From: Candidatus Neptunichlamydia sp.
Lineage (GTDB): Bacteria > Chlamydiota > Chlamydiia > Chlamydiales > Simkaniaceae
DNA length: 64,000 bases
Direction: 5' to 3'
Assembly: GCA_965233865.1 (NCBI GenBank)
Contig: OZ247587.1
Coordinates: 512,001-576,000, forward strand
Part shown: piece after piece, positions 10,229 through 20,025 of the stretch
How positions within the stretch are numbered: position 1 is the first letter of the stretch
Layout: every line of letters starts with the position of its first letter
Notes under the pieces: model-generated
What the model was told of the DNA's origin: nothing
Database searches by the model: none
What the model saw: the letters and a program-made list of their open reading frames with translations, nothing else
Translations under genes and position numbers: made by a program

Positions 10229-12150
10229 TTATGCTTCTCCAACGCAATATTAATGAGACTTCCTGCAAGGATCGAGGCACTCTCTCTTTGGGTGAGATTA
10301 TGAGCAACCTTGTAACTCTCATTTTTTGTTTTATTGAAGATCTCGAATTCATTGTCTTTTTCAATATGTTTCTGAACATCCTTGATTTCGATAATGTCTT
10401 CCTGAGAAATTTTATCGTGATCTGAAGGATTCACAAAAACCAGTGGAAGGATTCCAAAGTTACAAAGGTTCTTGCGATGGATGCGGGCATAGCTCTTAAC
10501 AATAACCGCTTTTACTCCCAGGTATCGAGGAGAAATGGCGGCATGTTCTCGACTGGAGCCTTGTCCATAATTACTACCACCAACAAGAACAGAACCTGAT
10601 TTTTGGAGTTTCATTGCTCTATCATAGTAGCTTTCGTCAACTTGCCCAAAAGTAAATTTACTAATCTCAGGAATATTGCTACGGAATGGGAGAACTTTGG
10701 TTCCTGCAGGTAGGATTTCATCAGTGGAAATATTATCCCCCATTTTAAGAAGGACAGGTCCTTTGATATGATCCTCTAACTTTTCAAAGGTTGGCAAAGG
10801 CTTGATGTTTGGCCCCATAATGAGTTCCATCTTTTCTCCCGGAGGAGAAATCTCATCAACAAGCTCTATCTTTTTTGGTTCTTTGTACTTAGGATAGGGC
10901 ATATCCAAAGTCCGTGGATCAGTAATCACACCAGTAATTGCTGAAGCAACAGCTGTTTCTGGGCTACACAAATAAACTTGGTCTTCCTTAGTTCCTGAAC
11001 GACCTGGGAAGTTCCTAGGATTGGTTCTAAGGCTAATCTTTCCAGAAGCGGGAGCTTGCCCCATCCCAATACATCCATTGCATCCCGTCTGGTGAATACG
11101 GGCTCCAGAACGGATCAAGGAGTTAAGATACCCCCCGGCTGTTAAGTTTTCTAGAATTTGTCTAGAAGAAGGATTGATATCAAAAGAGACTTGGTCTTGT
11201 GACTTGCGACCTTCAATAATCATTGCCGCAATAGCAAAGTCACGCATTCCTGGATTTGCAGAAGAACCAATCATTGATTGGAAGATCGGCTTTCCAGCAA
11301 CTTCTGATACTGAAACAACGTTGCCAGGGCTAGTGGGGCAAGCAATCAGGGGAATCAATTTCGAAAGTTCGATTTCATCATGTTCGTCATAGGTAGCATC
11401 CGGATCTGCTTTTAGCTCGAGCCAATCCTTTCCTCTCCCATGAAGCTCCATGAAACGCTTCGTCTCTTTGTCCGATGGAAAAACGCTTGTGGTAGCTCCA
11501 AGCTCAGCTCCCATATTTGTAATGACATGGCGGTCCATTGCTGATAAGTTGTCAAGACCGGGGCCATAATATTCTATGATTTTCCCCACTCCTCCAGAAA
11601 CGTCGTGTCTTCGTAGCATTTCCAGAATTACATCCTTAGCACTCACCCAATCAGGAAGCTTTCCTGTGAGTTTAACCCCCATAACTTTTGGCATGCTCAC
11701 ATAAAAGGGTTCGCCAGCAATTGCAAGTGCTACTTCAAGGCCTCCTGTTCCGATTGCAAGCATCCCTAAGCTTCCTGCTGCAGGAGTATGACTGTCTGAT
11801 CCTACCATGGTTTTACCTGGGATACCGAGCTTTTCCATGTGCACGGGATGGCTTACACCATTTCCTGCTTTACTAAACCAAAGACCAAACTTTCGCGTTG
11901 AACTCCATAAAAATAGATGATCGTCAGGATTCTTATAGTCGTTCTGAATAATGTTATGATCAACATACTGGCAAGAGATTTCAGTTTTGGGTTCTTTCAG
12001 CCCCATGGCTTCAAGCTCCAACATGACCATTGTTCCTGTTGCATCTTGCGTCAAGGTGTGATCAATTTTAATTCCAATCTCCTTCCCTGGAACCATTTCC
12101 CCTTCAACTAAATGACTTTCGATTAACTTTTGCGCAACATTTTTGCCCAT
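10225..12150 (-). CDS. acn: aconitate hydratase (short single-chain type)
   Basis: TQDATGT, DHN, GSDSHT, GCNGCIGMG, NRNF-like PRNFPGRSG, NISTDEI, GQGSSREHAA. Confidence 0.92.
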   Translation of the reverse strand: MGKNVAQKLIESHLVEGEMVPGKEIGIKIDHTLTQDATGTMVMLELEAMGLKEPKTEISCQYVDHNIIQNDYKNPDDHLFLWSSTRKFGLWFSKAGNGVSHPVHMEKLGIPGKTMVGSDSHTPAAGSLGMLAIGTGGLEVALAIAGEPFYVSMPKVMGVKLTGKLPDWVSAKDVILEMLRRHDVSGGVGKIIEYYGPGLDNLSAMDRHVITNMGAELGATTSVFPSDKETKRFMELHGRGKDWLELKADPDATYDEHDEIELSKLIPLIACPTSPGNVVSVSEVAGKPIFQSMIGSSANPGMRDFAIAAMIIEGRKSQDQVSFDINPSSRQILENLTAGGYLNSLIRSGARIHQTGCNGCIGMGQAPASGKISLRTNPRNFPGRSGTKEDQVYLCSPETAVASAITGVITDPRTLDMPYPKYKEPKKIELVDEISPPGEKMELIMGPNIKPLPTFEKLEDHIKGPVLLKMGDNISTDEILPAGTKVLPFRSNIPEISKFTFGQVDESYYDRAMKLQKSGSVLVGGSNYGQGSSREHAAISPRYLGVKAVIVKSYARIHRKNLCNFGILPLVFVNPSDHDKISQEDIIEIKDVQKHIEKDNEFEIFNKTKNESYKVAHNLTQRESASILAGSLINIALEKHK

Positions 12151-12261
12151 TTGCTTTATCACCTATTTTCCTGATATTCCGCAGCATAACAAAGAGAGTT
12201 TTTTTCTCTAATAAATTTCTTTTTTATCTATAAGGGGTCCCTAAAAATGACATATTCACTA

Positions 12262-13106
12262 TATTGTGTAGACTCAAGTTTAAATTTGCGCTAAGCTGGT
12301 TTCTTAAACTTTCAAGGAGAGGTTTAGAGATGACCGTACTAGCGCACAGACGTCACGATATTTCAGATCGAATTTGGAAAAAACTTGAGCCTTGTCTTCC
12401 AGGAAGAAGAGGGGTGTGGGGAGGGGTAGCACAAGATAATCGGCGATTTATCAACGCGGTTTTTTGGATTATTCGTACCGGAGCTCCATGGCGTGACTTA
12501 CCTCCAGACTATGGGAACTGGGGAAATGTGCATCGTCGTTTTATCCGTTGGAGGAATAAAGGTGTCTGGGAACTTCTTCTGGAAAAAGTAGTGGACGATC
12601 CTGATTACGAGTGGTTAATGATCGATGCAACCCATATCAAAGTTCACCCTCACGCAGCAGGTGCACAAGGTGGCAATCAAGATATGGCTCGGACAAAAGG
12701 GGGCTCAACACGAAATTACATTTGGCCGTGGATTCGCATGGTATGCCGGTCAGAGCGATTATTACGTCAGGTACTCAATCAGACTACCTTCAGGCCAAAC
12801 ACCTAATAGAGGGAATTAACGCCGATTACCTACTAGCAGATCGGGGTTATGACAGCGATGCAATCGTAACTCAAGCGATCTCTCAAGGAATAAAGGCGGT
12901 TATCCCTCCCAGAAAAAATAAGAAAAGCAAGAGAGCTTATGGTAAGCATCTCTATAAATTGAGACATCTTGTAGAAAATGCTTTTTTACATTTGAAGCGA
13001 TGGAGAGGAATTGCTACACGCTATGCTAAGCACACATCTTTTTTCTTGGCTGCGGTTCAGATCAAATGTTTGGCTTTATGGGTGGAAATCTCGTGACTAC
13101 ACTATC
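12262..13106 (+). mobile_element. apparently intact IS5-family insertion sequence
   Basis: Imperfect terminal IRs (tattgtgtag.../...ctacactatc), TA on both flanks, two-ORF transposase. Confidence 0.9.
12330..13096 (+). CDS. IS5 transposase, OrfA/OrfB joined by a -1 frameshift at AAAAGGGGG (12695-12703)
   Basis: RTGAPWRDLP, IDAT in OrfA; KLHLAVD, ADRGYD, RHLVENAF..LKRWRGIATRY in OrfB. Confidence 0.9.
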
Positions 13107-13152
13107 TAGAGTGTTTTTCCTGTCTAAACTTCCATCATCTAGAAGACTCAGG

Positions 13153-14004
13153 TTATAAAGGAGAAGGGGCAGACCGGGTTCGCCAATACAGGGGACCGTA
13201 ACAATATGTCATTTGGGTCCCTTTCGGAATAAACTTGTTAGAGAAGAGGATGATGTGAGTGATTCCATTATTGATCACCCATCGGGAAGTAAGATTTGGG
13301 GTGTCACTATGGTTAAGAAAGCGCGTGAAATTGCCGATTGACTTAGCATCGATGCTCCAACGTGTTGCTTTCCCGCAAAGATCGTAGCTAAAAACATAGT
13401 CATTAAAGCGGTTTTTACGGTTGTTCTTCCTTTCTACAATTCCAGTATACTCCCCTATGTAGGTATTAGCAGGAATATCAGTAGCAGCATAAACGCCATA
13501 GCCGAGATAGCGATTAATCCAACGAACATAATAGAAGTTTTCTCGATGAAGGCCTATTGATTTTTTATGGAGACAAAGAGTCCAGTGATTCATCTGTCTG
13601 AGATTAGTTTTCTTCATCTTTCGGGCGCATTTTTTAGCAACTTTGTAAATCATCTCAGAAGAATCAAAGATTAGAGAATCAGAATAGGTCATTTCGAGCC
13701 GCTCTTCAAATTCTTTTATTGGCATGGGGAATGTTTTTTCATCCCGGTTGCGGTAGACGAGAATTGAGCGGTCTTCTTCTTGCACAAGAGCATTTTTTTG
13801 ATTCAGAAACTTGGTCAAAGAAAGGGGCGTCAGCCCCCATTTATCAGAAAGAGATTTAGCGCCTTTTTTGAGAAGGAATTCGACTAAATCTGGGCGATTT
13901 TCTATGACAGCAAGATGGAGAAGGGTTCTCCCCTTCTTTGTCTTTTGATTGACTCCCCACTCCCCTTTCTTAAATGCCGCAAAAAGGGAGGCCAATTGTT
14001 TCAT
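13153..14004 (-). CDS. ankyrin-repeat + SET-domain lysine methyltransferase
   Basis: GRTLLHLAV..LVEFLLKKGA ankyrin; GYGVYA, IGEYTG, RFLNHS, TYCYG SET motifs; ATG 14004 overlaps upstream TGA. Confidence 0.9.
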   Translation of the reverse strand: MKQLASLFAAFKKGEWGVNQKTKKGRTLLHLAVIENRPDLVEFLLKKGAKSLSDKWGLTPLSLTKFLNQKNALVQEEDRSILVYRNRDEKTFPMPIKEFEERLEMTYSDSLIFDSSEMIYKVAKKCARKMKKTNLRQMNHWTLCLHKKSIGLHRENFYYVRWINRYLGYGVYAATDIPANTYIGEYTGIVERKNNRKNRFNDYVFSYDLCGKATRWSIDAKSIGNFTRFLNHSDTPNLTSRWVINNGITHIILFSNKFIPKGTQMTYCYGPLYWRTRSAPSPL

Positions 14005-15413
14005 AGATGTCCAAGAATCTTCCACCATCCTGTCCCGATAGTGAAGTATATAAGGATGTTGATAAGACTTGCAAAAAGACCAAACTTCCACCAATCAGTG
14101 ATTTTTATATATCCAGATCCAAAGAAAATCGGTGCGGGGCCGCATCCATAGTGGGTAATTCCTCCCATCATGTTACTAAAGAATCCGAGTGTTAGCGCAG
14201 AAATCATGGGGGGGGCTCCAAGAGCAACCATCAAAACCAAAAATGCTGAATACATTGATCCGATATGTGCCACGACGCTAGCAAAGAAATAGTGGCTATA
14301 AAAATATACTAAAGCAAGTATGATAAAAGCTGTGAACCAAGGAAACCCTTGGACATGTCCTTGAACAAACCCACTAAACCATGTGGTTAAACCCAATTTA
14401 TTGAGGTAGGTTGCCATCATGATAAGGGTAGCAAACCACATTAATGTATTCCAGGCTCCTTTTTCTTTTATGACATCATCCCATGAAAGAACTGAGGTCA
14501 GAAGGAGAATCACAAGACCAATTAGAGCTGCAATCACAGCTGGCATTGCAATAAAAGGGCCTAAAATCCATAGAGTGATAAGGAGGACAAAAGAAAAAAT
14601 CATGATGCATTCTTGAACACGCATTTTACCCATTTCCTTAAGCTTTTCAACTGCAAATGAGCGCGCATTCGGAGTTTCTTTCACCTCTGGGGGATAAACT
14701 TTATACAGAAATAGTGGAATTACTCCCAAACAAACCAGCCCTGGAACTGAAGCAGCAAGGGCCCAACCGCCCCAAGTAATATTTACTCCTATTCCTCCTG
14801 CAATCTCAGCAACAAGAGGATTACCAGCCATAGAAGTCAAAAACATTCCACTTGTGATAATAGACCCTTGAAACGTCGCTTTCATTAAGAAAGAACCTAG
14901 TCGTCTAGGGTGGCTATAAGGTTCACTTCCAAAGGCCTTAGCAAGCGAATTCACGATAGGATATATAATTCCACCTACTCGGGCAGTAACACTGGGGATT
15001 GCTGGGGCTAAAACCAGATCTGTCAAGATCATCCCGTACCCCATTCCTAGTGTGCTTTTTCCAAGGTATTTGATGATAATATAAGCAATACGCTCACCTA
15101 GACCAGTCTTGATGAACCCTCTAGAGATAAAGAAGGCAATTACAATCAGCCAGACAATAGGGTGAACAAAGCCACTAAAGGCCTGATCAAAAGTCAACGT
15201 TTTTGACGCAGCAGTAAGGACTAGCCCTACAAATGCAAAAGTCCCTATTGGAACGGGGCGTAGAATGATTCCGATCACGGTAAAGATAAAAATTGCAAAC
15301 ATATGCATTGCTTGCGAAGTGACTCCGTTAGGAGGCGTGAGGTTCCAAATAAATGCACCAATAATGATACTTAGGGCAAAGGAAAGAATTTTTTTATTAA
15401 AGACTCTAGACAT
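14001..15413 (-). CDS. DASS-family dicarboxylate (2-oxoglutarate/malate-type) transporter
   Basis: PAIPSVTARVGG, MFLTSMAGNPL, HYFFAS, THYGCGPAP. Confidence 0.92.
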   Translation of the reverse strand: MSRVFNKKILSFALSIIIGAFIWNLTPPNGVTSQAMHMFAIFIFTVIGIILRPVPIGTFAFVGLVLTAASKTLTFDQAFSGFVHPIVWLIVIAFFISRGFIKTGLGERIAYIIIKYLGKSTLGMGYGMILTDLVLAPAIPSVTARVGGIIYPIVNSLAKAFGSEPYSHPRRLGSFLMKATFQGSIITSGMFLTSMAGNPLVAEIAGGIGVNITWGGWALAASVPGLVCLGVIPLFLYKVYPPEVKETPNARSFAVEKLKEMGKMRVQECIMIFSFVLLITLWILGPFIAMPAVIAALIGLVILLLTSVLSWDDVIKEKGAWNTLMWFATLIMMATYLNKLGLTTWFSGFVQGHVQGFPWFTAFIILALVYFYSHYFFASVVAHIGSMYSAFLVLMVALGAPPMISALTLGFFSNMMGGITHYGCGPAPIFFGSGYIKITDWWKFGLFASLINILIYFTIGTGWWKILGHL

Positions 15414-15479
15414 ATGGTTAACAACTTCTGTAACATTAGCAAAAAGACAAAGTTTAGAAAGCAGAAATATTTTACGCAA

Positions 15480-16112
15480 ATGAAAAATACACTTTTTATC
15501 CCAGAACAGAAAACTCTACACTTTTATCTGCCTCCTCATACGGTGACTTGGAAACAAGATTTTTCTCACCTAAGGAAGGGGCTTTTAAAGAATGACCTGG
15601 AGACCTTCTTAGTTCTTTATTCCTTAGCAGAAACAGATCCAAAAAAAGCTAAGAAAGAAGCCGAGATTTTCCAAAATAACTATCCTGATCATCCTGAAGT
15701 ACTCAATCTATTGTCTTATTTGAATATTCGTAGAAAGAGAATCCGACAAGCTGAAAGGCTTATTGATGAGAATTTTCAAAAAAATCCAGACTATCTTTTT
15801 GCCCGAATTAATTACGCTGATTTGTGTTTAAGACGTAAGAAACTTCAAAAAATCCCTGAACTTTTCAATTTCAAATTTAATTTAAGAGATTTCTGCCCGG
15901 ATAAAAAAATGTTTCACATCTCCGAGTTTCGGGGATTTATGGTGATGATGGGGCACTATCATTTACTGATCCAAAAACGCGAAGCTGCAGAGTGTTATCA
16001 TTATTTGGCGCACCACGTAGATCCACGCCACCCGAATACAAAAATTCTACAGAAAAAACTTTATTATAAACCTTTCTATAAAAGGTTAATTCAAAAGCTT
16101 TCAATTCCTTGA
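15480..16112 (+). CDS. TPR-like hypothetical protein
   Basis: YPDHPEVLNLL..Y and NPDYLFARINYA helical repeats. Confidence 0.7.
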   Translation: MKNTLFIPEQKTLHFYLPPHTVTWKQDFSHLRKGLLKNDLETFLVLYSLAETDPKKAKKEAEIFQNNYPDHPEVLNLLSYLNIRRKRIRQAERLIDENFQKNPDYLFARINYADLCLRRKKLQKIPELFNFKFNLRDFCPDKKMFHISEFRGFMVMMGHYHLLIQKREAAECYHYLAHHVDPRHPNTKILQKKLYYKPFYKRLIQKLSIP

Positions 16113-16222
16113 ATTGAAAAACAAACTTGTAAACAATAATAATTATAACTATATAAAAATTATTTATTACCTGTAAATAACATCCTTTATCCTATTTTAG
16201 GAAGAAATTAGAAGCCTGGGCT

Positions 16223-17656
16223 CTAAAGGCAGAAAAAATTTTCAATGGATGAAAGAATAGATTCCTCGTCTAGCGGGCGATCAAGCCAACCTTTGAGTTG
16301 GCGGAGCGCCTGCTGAGAAAACATCTCATAACCATAGACAACTTTTCCCCCTTTGTTTTGACCGACATTAAGAAATTTTGTCTCTTTTGGGCTCATAATC
16401 ACATCAAAGATAACTTTTTTCTCTCCGATTTCTTTAGCAGCAATAGGAAGGCTTTGAATATTAGGAGACATTCCAATGGGGGTTGTGTTGATGATAATAT
16501 CGTAATCAGGGACTTTATCAAGAGAAATGGCGACTCCTCCAATTTTGCTAGCAAGAATCTCTCCTTTCTTTTGCGTTCGATTAGCAATCATTATCTTTCC
16601 TCCTCGATCTGCAGCAGCATGAGCAATGCCCATTGCCGCTCCTCCAGCGCCAATGATTAAAAGAGTCTTTCCGTGGACCCCGCCTTTTTTTTCAAGCGCG
16701 TCTAATGCTCCTTCTCCATCCGTGTTGGTTCCATACCAGTTTTTCTCTCTTTTTATGAGTGTATTGACCGCTCCCATGGATTTTGCCTTTGTGTCTATCT
16801 TCTCAAGGTGAGGAGTAACATGCTCTTTAAGAGGCATAGTCACACTAAATCCAAAGAAGGGCAGCGAGGAGATCTCCTTAAAAAAGAGAGGGATTTCCGA
16901 TGGATTTATTCGAAATTTCACATAAACAGCATTCTCTTTTTCCTTCTTGAAGATATGATTGTGGCACAAGTGACCAATACTTTTGCTTACAGGATCTCCA
17001 ATCAGGGCGTAGATCCTCGTTTCTCTATTGAGCTGATGGAAGTGGTAGAGTTCGCAAAGCTCCACTATCGAAGTCTGCCCAGAAGCTACGGCTTTTCCAA
17101 TCGATGCATAAACCAATGGAGAATCAATAACGGGACCCAAAATTCGAGTAATTTTCCCCTCTTCCCCCATGCACATTCCTGCAACTCCATGCTTTTTAGA
17201 AAAGTTAAGCATTCTGAGAGAATCGATAGAGGAGTTAGCCATTGTAGAAATTTTCTTTATTACTGCGGGAAATCGCTCCATTTGAGCAAGGACTTCCTCT
17301 AAATTATCTGGCGTTTTTTCAAAGTCATGATACGAGGAGATGATCGAGATACCTGGGATTTTATCAGCAAAGACGCAATCGTATTCCAAATCGACATATT
17401 CTGGCTTCAATGTGAGAAGTTCGAGAAGTTTTTCTTCCCTCTCACTTTCGCTTCCAGAAAATGCCCCACCCTGATCCTTGCGCCGCAGGGTGAAAATCAA
17501 AGGAAGTTTCGAGAGATTTTTAAGCTTAGAAATATGGCCTAAATCATTTTTCTCTAGAAGATCGAGGCGAAGTTCAATGAGTTCTCCATATCTTTGACCT
17601 TCTTGAATGGATTTTTTTGCTTCATCAAAACTTCCCTGAGCTGAAATAACTAACAT
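16223..17656 (-). CDS. aroDE: bifunctional type I 3-dehydroquinate dehydratase / shikimate dehydrogenase
   Basis: ELRLD, SYHDF, MG..G.ITR; SVTMPLK, AVNT, NTDG, GAGGAA. Confidence 0.94.
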   Translation of the reverse strand: MLVISAQGSFDEAKKSIQEGQRYGELIELRLDLLEKNDLGHISKLKNLSKLPLIFTLRRKDQGGAFSGSESEREEKLLELLTLKPEYVDLEYDCVFADKIPGISIISSYHDFEKTPDNLEEVLAQMERFPAVIKKISTMANSSIDSLRMLNFSKKHGVAGMCMGEEGKITRILGPVIDSPLVYASIGKAVASGQTSIVELCELYHFHQLNRETRIYALIGDPVSKSIGHLCHNHIFKKEKENAVYVKFRINPSEIPLFFKEISSLPFFGFSVTMPLKEHVTPHLEKIDTKAKSMGAVNTLIKREKNWYGTNTDGEGALDALEKKGGVHGKTLLIIGAGGAAMGIAHAAADRGGKIMIANRTQKKGEILASKIGGVAISLDKVPDYDIIINTTPIGMSPNIQSLPIAAKEIGEKKVIFDVIMSPKETKFLNVGQNKGGKVVYGYEMFSQQALRQLKGWLDRPLDEESILSSIENFFCL

Positions 17657-17659
17657 GTC

Positions 17660-18469
17660 TTAATTCTCTTTCATTGTTTCAATAAAACAATTCGTCATTT
17701 TTTGCCTTTCCCTAAGGATTTCTTTCCCTAAAAAGGATTGGCAGTTATAGAAGAATGTCTCAAACGCCTGAGCATCCTTCTTTTTAACAATCTCTCGAAG
17801 GGTTTTAAAAGCCCCTTCAAATGACTTAAGCAGGGAGACAAAGTGTGGGTTTTCAAATTGGATGGCTTTATAAAGCTCTAGTGATTGACCTAAGATTCTC
17901 CCTGCGATATGAAGCTGCATTTTGTACACTAGAGTAGCCATTTGTAATAGCTCTTTTGGATCAACTCCCTTTTGGCGGAGGGTTTCTGCAAAAAGAAGCG
18001 AGCAAAAATGGACTAGACTCTGAACGAGTGCCATCATTTCATCATGCGCCTTGGGTTCAATTTCAACCCCTTTTGCACCCTCAGTTTTGATAAGACCTCT
18101 GATCCAAGGAAGCCACGTTCCAGGGCGGAGTGGGCAAAGAATGATTGTCTGACCCTCAATAGAGGAGACGCTAGGTCTAAATAATGGATGCAATCCAACC
18201 ACTGACCCCTTAGAGCACATCATGGCCTTGCAAGGCCCTTCCTTAAGGGATGTGAAATCCATGAGCAAATGGCTCTCTTTGATGTGAGGCAGAAGCTCCT
18301 CAATCACCTTTTCTATAGTCTCGATAGGAACGCTGAAGACAATGATATCACAGGATTTTGCAGTTTCCATTGGATCTAAGTAAGTTATGACTTCATCAAC
18401 ATGACGCTCAAAAATAGGGGTAAATAGCTTCCCCATCTTTCCTTCGCCACCAACGATCCCTAATCTCAT
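17660..18469 (-). CDS. tyrA: prephenate dehydrogenase (possibly degenerating)
   Basis: GGEGKMG Rossmann motif, DFTSLK, HPLFRP (consensus HPxFGP), HDEMMALVQ. Confidence 0.85.
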   Translation of the reverse strand: MRLGIVGGEGKMGKLFTPIFERHVDEVITYLDPMETAKSCDIIVFSVPIETIEKVIEELLPHIKESHLLMDFTSLKEGPCKAMMCSKGSVVGLHPLFRPSVSSIEGQTIILCPLRPGTWLPWIRGLIKTEGAKGVEIEPKAHDEMMALVQSLVHFCSLLFAETLRQKGVDPKELLQMATLVYKMQLHIAGRILGQSLELYKAIQFENPHFVSLLKSFEGAFKTLREIVKKKDAQAFETFFYNCQSFLGKEILRERQKMTNCFIETMKEN

Positions 18470-18480
18470 GTATCACTCCC

Positions 18481-18509
18481 TTGACTATTCCGGCTTTTTA
18501 TGTTACAAT
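18481..18509 (+). promoter_or_regulatory. sigma66/70-like promoter of the DAHP synthase operon
   Basis: TTGACT-N17-TACAAT. Confidence 0.75.
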
Positions 18510-18534
18510 AATGTTTATAAATAGGAAGGTTTTT

Positions 18535-18627
18535 GTGAAAAAACATGAGAAGCACCAGATTCGATCCTCTCTAGCAGCAAAAGGGTCTCTTTTTGCTAGC
18601 GCTTCTTCTTATTTCTATGGCGCTTAA
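18535..18627 (+). CDS. putative leader peptide MKKHEKHQIRSSLAAKGSLFASASSYFYGA
   Basis: SD AGGAAGG 18523-18529, GTG start, Tyr-Phe-Tyr near the stop, upstream of aromatic operon. Confidence 0.55.
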   Translation: MKKHEKHQIRSSLAAKGSLFASASSYFYGA

Positions 18628-18638
18628 GCGCGCCTTTT
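18619..18638 (+). terminator. small terminator-like hairpin overlapping the leader stop
   Basis: GGCGC-TTAAGC-GCGCC-TTTT. Confidence 0.4.
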
Positions 18639-18737
18639 AAACTATACCCCATTCCAGATCTATACTTTACCACTTAGTATCACAAACCACAGCTTGCAAT
18701 AGTCATCGTTGGATTACTCAAATATGAGGAAAGAAAA

Positions 18738-19748
18738 ATGTTAATTACTCTGAAAGAAGAAGCGCTAAAAAGAGAGATAGAATCGCTCATTCTGTGGCTT
18801 GTATCCTGCGGGCTGCACCCCCAACTCTCACAACTAGATGAAATGCCAATTATTGGTATTGAGAAGAATCTTTCTGAGAAACTTAATAATGAACTGAGAA
18901 GCAATCCGATTGTTGCGGATCTTATTGAGACAAACCTCCCCTACAAAATGGTGAGTCGAGCGGTTAAAAACACACCGACAGTCATCCAAATTGGAGACGC
19001 TAAAATTGGAGGAGATGAAATCACTATAATTACAGGTCCTTGCGCTATTGAAAGCGAGGAGCAACTCGTTCAAACCGCTCTAGGACTTAAAAAATGGTGT
19101 GAAAATCCTTAGAGCTTCAGCCTTCAAACCCCGCAGTTCACCTTACAGCTTCCAGGAGATGGGCGTCGAAGGGCTTAAAATACATAAGCGAGCCAAAGAA
19201 AAACACGGTCTTCTAATTGAAACAGAAGTCATGGATCTCCGCGATGTGACAATCACTGCTGATCATGTTGATATCCTTCGTGTTGGAGCACGCAATATGC
19301 AAAATTTCGACCTTCTTAAAGAACTTGAAAAGTGCAACAAGCCGGTCATTCTCAAAAGAAGCATGTCAGCAACAATCGAAGAATGGCTTCTCAGTGCTGA
19401 GTACATCATGGCTCATGGAAACCACCGTGTGATTCTATGTGAGCGTGGAATCCGCACTTTCAAAACGGCAACAAGAAGCACACTGGACCTTAGCAGTATT
19501 GCGATTGTGAAGCAGCTAACGCATCTTCCAATCATTGTCGATCTCTCACATGCAGCAAGGCGTAGTGATATTATCCCGGCACTTTCTCTGGGTGCTATAG
19601 CAACAGGGGCTGATGGTCTTCTCATAGAAGTCCACTACAAGCCAAAAGAGTCTCGATGCGACCAGAGGCAGGCATTTTCTCTTGATGAATTCCATGCGAT
19701 TGCAACCGACATTGAAAAGGTTGCGAAAGTAATGGGGAAAAAATATAG
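18738..19748 (+). pseudogene. aroF: type I-beta DAHP synthase with N-terminal regulatory domain; frameshifted and degenerate
   Basis: GPCAIES, AFKPRSSPYSFQ, GARNMQNF, LCERGIRTF; frame break near A6 19089-19094; many conserved residues substituted. Confidence 0.88.
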
Positions 19749-19761
19749 CAGGAGAGAAGTA

Positions 19762-20025
19762 ATGGAACTTGAAAAAATGCGTGAACAGATAGAAGGGATC
19801 AATGGAGAAATCATTACCCTTTTAGCAAAACGAAAGGCTCTGACACTGAAGATTTCTGAGCTAAAAAAGAAAGAAAAAATGCCTACCTATGATCCTGTCC
19901 GAGAGAAGAAACAAAGGATGGCGATTAGCATCAAGGCGCGGGCAAACAATCTGAATCAGGAAGCAGTTCTTTCCTTTTTTGATAATTTTGTCGCCTATTG
20001 CAGACAAGAAGTGGAGAATCATTAG
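19762..20025 (+). CDS. AroQ-type chorismate mutase (now in frame with the DAHP synthase 3' ORF)
   Basis: LEKMREQIEGINGEIITLLAKR...K...YDPVRE; own AGGAG SD and ATG 19762. Confidence 0.82.
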   Translation: MELEKMREQIEGINGEIITLLAKRKALTLKISELKKKEKMPTYDPVREKKQRMAISIKARANNLNQEAVLSFFDNFVAYCRQEVENH

